A stretch of DNA of 64,000 nucleotides from an uncultured Gemmatimonadaceae bacterium. GTDB taxonomy: Bacteria > Gemmatimonadota > Gemmatimonadetes > Gemmatimonadales > Gemmatimonadaceae. Position 1 is the stretch's first letter. The number at the start of each line of letters is the position of its first letter. The stretch is from the NCBI GenBank assembly GCA_963790305.1, contig CAWBOC010000005.1, forward strand, positions 64,001 through 128,000, written 5' to 3'. The notes below the pieces were generated by a model. That model was not told the DNA's origin. It was given only the letters and a program-made list of their open reading frames with translations, and did no database searches. This document shows, piece after piece, positions 59,931 to 64,000 of the stretch. The translations under genes and the position numbers were made by a program.

Positions 59931-60599
59931 ATGTCGCCTGTGACCATCGTTCTCGCTCTCGTGCTGCTCATCGGCACCGCGTTGCATGGCGTCGGTGCGC
60001 TCCTGCACCCGATGCTTGCCGGTGACGGCGCCACACAACTTCGCACGATCGCCGACATGGCGCACTGGCGAGAGCTCCACCTGGTCATGCTCGCCGGCAG
60101 CGGCCTCATCGTCGCGGGCGTGTGGGTTCGGCTGGTGGGAGATCGCGCGTTCGTTCGTCCCCCGCTCGTCGCCGCCCTCGCGGTGATCTCCATCGGGGTG
60201 ACCATCAACGCGCTCAACATCGCGTACATGACGGGCGCCGGGTGGCACATGGCCTCGCAATTTGCCGCGGGCGATGCCTCCATGGTGCCGCTGTTCGACG
60301 CGACCCATCCCATCGGCCTCATGGCCGCCCGCTTCGGCAACTTCATCGTCGCGCTTGGTGCCCTCGTGCTCGGCTGGGCGGAATGGCACGACGCCGAGCC
60401 GCGCCGTGTCGATGCGGTACTGGCGTGGATCGCGGGGGTGGGCGGTCTGGTTGGCGCGATCTTCTTCCTGGAGTCGAGCCGTATCGCGCTCGCCGCGGTC
60501 GCCCTGCTCTCGGCTTGGCAGGTCGTCACCGCGCTCAGGGCCCTTACCTTGTCGGTGAGGGGGTCGCGCCGTACGATCACCGAGGATACCAGGAGTTAG
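59931..60599 (+). CDS. Multi-pass membrane protein
   Basis: About 6 TM; LHP and W..LH motifs. Confidence 0.75.
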   Translation: MSPVTIVLALVLLIGTALHGVGALLHPMLAGDGATQLRTIADMAHWRELHLVMLAGSGLIVAGVWVRLVGDRAFVRPPLVAALAVISIGVTINALNIAYMTGAGWHMASQFAAGDASMVPLFDATHPIGLMAARFGNFIVALGALVLGWAEWHDAEPRRVDAVLAWIAGVGGLVGAIFFLESSRIALAAVALLSAWQVVTALRALTLSVRGSRRTITEDTRS

Positions 60600-60688
60600 G
60601 AGTCAGGAGTCGGGAATCAGGGGAACAGCGCTGCGCCGCAGGCGTGCGTATCTGACAACTGACACCTGACGTCTGATCCCTGACGTCT
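60590..60688. repeat. Family A-like element with a hybrid right arm
   Basis: caggagttaggagtcaggagtcgggaatcagg ... ctgacaactgacacctgacgtctgatccctgacgtc. Confidence 0.82.
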
Positions 60689-60711
60689 TCGGACGTTCAC
60701 CTTGGAGACCC

Positions 60712-62385
60712 ATGCGCTTACTCGCTCTTCTTGTCGGGTTCGCCTTCCCCTGCGTCGCTCTCGCCCAGGACGGGACCTGGGCGCTGACCAATGCGCGGAT
60801 CGAGACGGTCACGCGCGGCGTCATCGAGCGTGGCACCATCGTCGTGCGCGATGGTCTCATCGAAGCGGTTGGCGCCGAGGTGCGGCCGCCCGCGGATGCG
60901 CGCATCGTCGATCTCGCCGGAAAGCGCGTATACCCGGGCCTCATCGATCTCACCTCGACGCTCGGACTCGCGAGCGCTCCGCCCGCCGGTGGCGGACCTG
61001 GAAGCCAGGGCGCCGCTGCGTCTCAATCGAGCAGTGCAACCGTCCGCAATGTCGGTCTCGAGCCCGGACGCGTCATCGCCAGCGAGCTGCGGCCGAGCGC
61101 CTCCGACATTCGCGCCGCGCGAGATGTGGGGATAACGACGGTGCTCGTCGCACCGTCGCGCGGCGCCTTCCGTGGACTCTCGGCGCTCGTCCCGCTGCGT
61201 GATGAATCGGCCGAGCAGTACGTGGTGAAGTCGCCTGTCGCGCTGCACATGGGCTTTCAAGGCGCGCAGGGAACAGGCTTTGGAGGGCGCTACCCCGCCA
61301 CGCTGCTTGGCGTCATCGCCTACGAGCGCCAGTCGCTGTACGATGCCCGCCATCATGCGGCGCTCCAGGACCGGTATCGCGCCGGTGCTCGCGGTGCCGT
61401 GCGTCCCTCATACGATGCCGACCTCGACGCGCTCGTTCCCGTCGTGCGCGGAACCGTTCCGGCATTCTTCGCCGCCGACCGCGAGAACGAGATACGCCGC
61501 GCGGTGCGCATCGGTGATGAGTTCGATCTCAAGCTCACCATCGTCGGGGCCACGGAAGGTTTCCGCGCGATCGACGCGCTCAAGCGCGCGGATGGTATCG
61601 TCGTCTCGCTGGACTTCCCGCGCTCGACCGACGTGACGGGGTGGTCCTATCGCTCGACCCGGCGCCACGCGCTGGAGGACAGCGCCGCCACGGACAGCGC
61701 CGTCCGCCGTACGCTCGAGGCCAATGCAGCCACGCTTCACACCGCGGGCATTCGTTTCGCGCTCTCGTCAGGCGGAGCGCGACCGGGCGATTTCCTCGGG
61801 AACGTTCGCAAGGCGATCGCCGCCGGCCTGCCGCGCGAGGTGGCGCTTCAGGCACTCACCGTCCGCGCCGCTGACCTCGCGGGCGTCGGCGCACAGCTCG
61901 GCAGCATCGAGGCCGGGAAGATCGCCAACCTCGTGGTCACCGAGCGCGACATCCTCGGAGACAGCGCGAACGTGCGCATGGTATTCGTCGACGGCATTCG
62001 ACACGAGGTCATTGCGCAACCCGCCGCGGAGCGGCGGCGAGGGGCGGGAGGTGAGCGCGGCGGCGGTGAGGGAGGCGAGAGCGCGCGCGTCGCTGGAACG
62101 TGGGACATCACGGTGACGTCGCAACAGGGCGAGAACCGCGCGAGCATGACCGTCACACAATCGGGCGCCACGCTCGAAGGCACGATGGCGACCGAGATGG
62201 GCACGGTGCAGGTCACGGACGGCCGCATAACGGGTCAGCGTGTCGCCTTCTCGATCGCGGTGCCGATCAGCGGTCAGACGACGACCATCGTGTTTCGCGG
62301 AACAGTCGACGGGAATCGCATGACGGGCACGGCCGACCTTGGGGCGATGGGGAGTGCAACGTTTACGGGAGAGCGGAGACCATGA
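60712..62385 (+). CDS. Amidohydrolase-fold protein lacking the HxH metal motif, with C-terminal beta domain
   Basis: PGLIDLTS instead of D.H.H; GSIEAGKIANLVV. Confidence 0.85.
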   Translation: MRLLALLVGFAFPCVALAQDGTWALTNARIETVTRGVIERGTIVVRDGLIEAVGAEVRPPADARIVDLAGKRVYPGLIDLTSTLGLASAPPAGGGPGSQGAAASQSSSATVRNVGLEPGRVIASELRPSASDIRAARDVGITTVLVAPSRGAFRGLSALVPLRDESAEQYVVKSPVALHMGFQGAQGTGFGGRYPATLLGVIAYERQSLYDARHHAALQDRYRAGARGAVRPSYDADLDALVPVVRGTVPAFFAADRENEIRRAVRIGDEFDLKLTIVGATEGFRAIDALKRADGIVVSLDFPRSTDVTGWSYRSTRRHALEDSAATDSAVRRTLEANAATLHTAGIRFALSSGGARPGDFLGNVRKAIAAGLPREVALQALTVRAADLAGVGAQLGSIEAGKIANLVVTERDILGDSANVRMVFVDGIRHEVIAQPAAERRRGAGGERGGGEGGESARVAGTWDITVTSQQGENRASMTVTQSGATLEGTMATEMGTVQVTDGRITGQRVAFSIAVPISGQTTTIVFRGTVDGNRMTGTADLGAMGSATFTGERRP

Positions 62386-63773
62386 GAACGATCGCGATGG
62401 TATTGGTGAGCACGGCGCTTGGCGCGGTCGCGCTCCCGGTCGCCGCGCAGCAAACGACCGCGGTGCGCGACACGGCCCGCCTGCTCTCGTATCCGATTCC
62501 TCCCGCGGGCCGGCTGGTGGCGATCACCAACGCCACGATCATGACGGCCTCGAATGGAACGATTCCGAAAGGAACGGTGGTCATCCGCGATGGAAAGATC
62601 GCCGCAGTCGGAGCCAATGTCGCCGTGCCGGCCGGTGCGCAGGTCATTGACGGAAATGGGAAGTACGTGATTCCGGGCATCGTCGACGCGCACTCGCACA
62701 GCGCGGCCGAATCCATCAATGAGGGGACGCAGTCGATCACGGCGCAGGTCCGCATGGAGGACGTTCTGCGTCAGGATGCGCTCGGACTCTATCGCGAGCT
62801 CGCGGGCGGGGTCACGACCCTCAACATCCTGCACGGATCGGCAAACACCATCGGGGGCCAGAACGCAACGGTGAAGGTCCGCTGGGGATTGCCCGCCGAC
62901 AGTCTGCTGTTTCAGGGCGCGCCTCCGGGAATCAAGTTCGCGCTCGGCGAAAACGTGAGGCAGACGAACCGCACCGTGCTGCCGGGTCAGCAACGGCGCT
63001 ACCCGCGCACGCGCATGGGCGTGGAGGAGCTGCTGCGCGACGCATTCACGCGCGCGCAGGAGTATCGCCGCGAATGGCAGGAATACGAGCGCGGCAGACG
63101 GAATGTGAAGAAGGGTCAGACCGCACCGATTGCGCCGAAGCGCGACCTCCAGCTCGATGCGCTCGTGGAGGTGCTCGAGGGGAAACGGCTCGTGCATTGC
63201 CACTCGTACCGCGCGGACGAGATCCTGATGATGCTCCAGGTCGCGAAGGACTTTGGCTTCCGCGTCGCGAGCTTCCAGCACGTGCTCGAGGGCTACAAGG
63301 TCGCCGACGAAATTGCCGCCGCCGGCAGCGGCGCGTCGACCTTCGCCGACAACTGGGCGTACAAGCTCGAGGCCTTCGACGCGATTCCGCATAACGCGGC
63401 GCTCATGGCGGAGCGCGGCGTCCGCGTCTCGATCAACTCCGACTCCGACGAGCGTGCACGGCGTCTCTACCAGGAGGCCGCGAAGGCCATGCACTACGGC
63501 GGCGTCTCGGAGGACGAAGCGCTGAAGATGATCACGCTCCACGCCGCCTGGCAGCTGGGCATCGACAAGCGGGTCGGCTCGATCGAAGTGGGCAAGGATG
63601 CCGACCTCGCCATCTTCAATGGCCATCCCTTCGCGCCCGCGTCGCGGGTGGAGATGACGTTGATCGACGGGCGCGTCTTCTTCGATCGCAGCACCGCGCC
63701 AACGCTCGAGTACCTGATGGAGCTCATCCGCCAGAAGCAGGGACCGCGGCAGGTGACGGAGGTGCTGCCATGA
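62382..63773 (+). CDS. Amidohydrolase (metal ligands intact)
   Basis: PGIVDAHSH, KFALGEN, HCHSYRADE, GKDADL. Confidence 0.9.
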   Translation: MRTIAMVLVSTALGAVALPVAAQQTTAVRDTARLLSYPIPPAGRLVAITNATIMTASNGTIPKGTVVIRDGKIAAVGANVAVPAGAQVIDGNGKYVIPGIVDAHSHSAAESINEGTQSITAQVRMEDVLRQDALGLYRELAGGVTTLNILHGSANTIGGQNATVKVRWGLPADSLLFQGAPPGIKFALGENVRQTNRTVLPGQQRRYPRTRMGVEELLRDAFTRAQEYRREWQEYERGRRNVKKGQTAPIAPKRDLQLDALVEVLEGKRLVHCHSYRADEILMMLQVAKDFGFRVASFQHVLEGYKVADEIAAAGSGASTFADNWAYKLEAFDAIPHNAALMAERGVRVSINSDSDERARRLYQEAAKAMHYGGVSEDEALKMITLHAAWQLGIDKRVGSIEVGKDADLAIFNGHPFAPASRVEMTLIDGRVFFDRSTAPTLEYLMELIRQKQGPRQVTEVLP

Positions 63774-64000
63774 GGGGCTTTAGATTGCGGATTGCGGATT
63801 GCGGATGGTCGGCAATCGTAGTGCTCGCGAGCGTTGCATCCGCCCAGACACCGATCCGCAATCAGCAATCCGCAATCGTCGTGATCCAGAATGCGACGAT
63901 TGTGCCCGTGACGGGCCCCCGCATTCAGAACGGGAGCATCGTTCTCCGCGGTGGGCGCATTGAAGCCGTCGGGCCGAACGTCGCAGCGCCCGGCGACGCG
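63770..64000 (+). CDS. Amidohydrolase-family protein, partial (runs off the window)
   Basis: ATGA overlap, GGAGG RBS; IQNATIVPVTGPRIQNGSIVLRGGRIEAVG. Confidence 0.8.
   Translation, partial: MRGFRLRIADCGWSAIVVLASVASAQTPIRNQQSAIVVIQNATIVPVTGPRIQNGSIVLRGGRIEAVGPNVAAPGDA
63783..63878. repeat. Family D element D4 translated as part of a signal peptide
   Basis: gattgcggattgcggattgcgga ... atccgcaatcagcaatccgcaatc inside the ORF. Confidence 0.82.

Noticed and set aside
73..63878. CRISPR array interpretation of the repeats
   Set aside because: No regularly spaced 23-47-nt direct repeats with unique spacers, and no cas genes

Overview
GC-rich bacterial chromosomal segment, probably Gemmatimonadota (inferred from gene content: PadR-ADOP permease pair, many secreted amidohydrolases, TPR and beta-barrel proteins). 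It has about 50 CDS: egtD, solA-like oxidase, BlaI/M56-HEAT module, MATE, DinB, Ser/Thr kinase, L,D-transpeptidase, multicopper oxidase, M14 peptidase, GGDEF/EAL, CcdA/TlpA and others. There is one tRNA-Cys(GCA) and no transposase, integrase or CRISPR. Six genes carry single frameshifts (probably long-read assembly indels) and the kinase has an in-frame TGA. The most striking signal is non-coding. About 20 palindromic elements from at least 8 sequence families share one architecture: an arm of 7- to 10-nt tandem repeats, a spacer often containing its own hairpin, and the reverse-complement arm. Many sit at gene 3' ends. One copy encloses a four-helix-bundle (TIGR02436/Avd-like) gene, two are translated in frame inside proteins, and several same-family pairs bracket gene cassettes. 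This is proposed as a candidate undescribed repeat-element/four-helix-bundle system. All product names come from motif recognition by eye; no database search was run.
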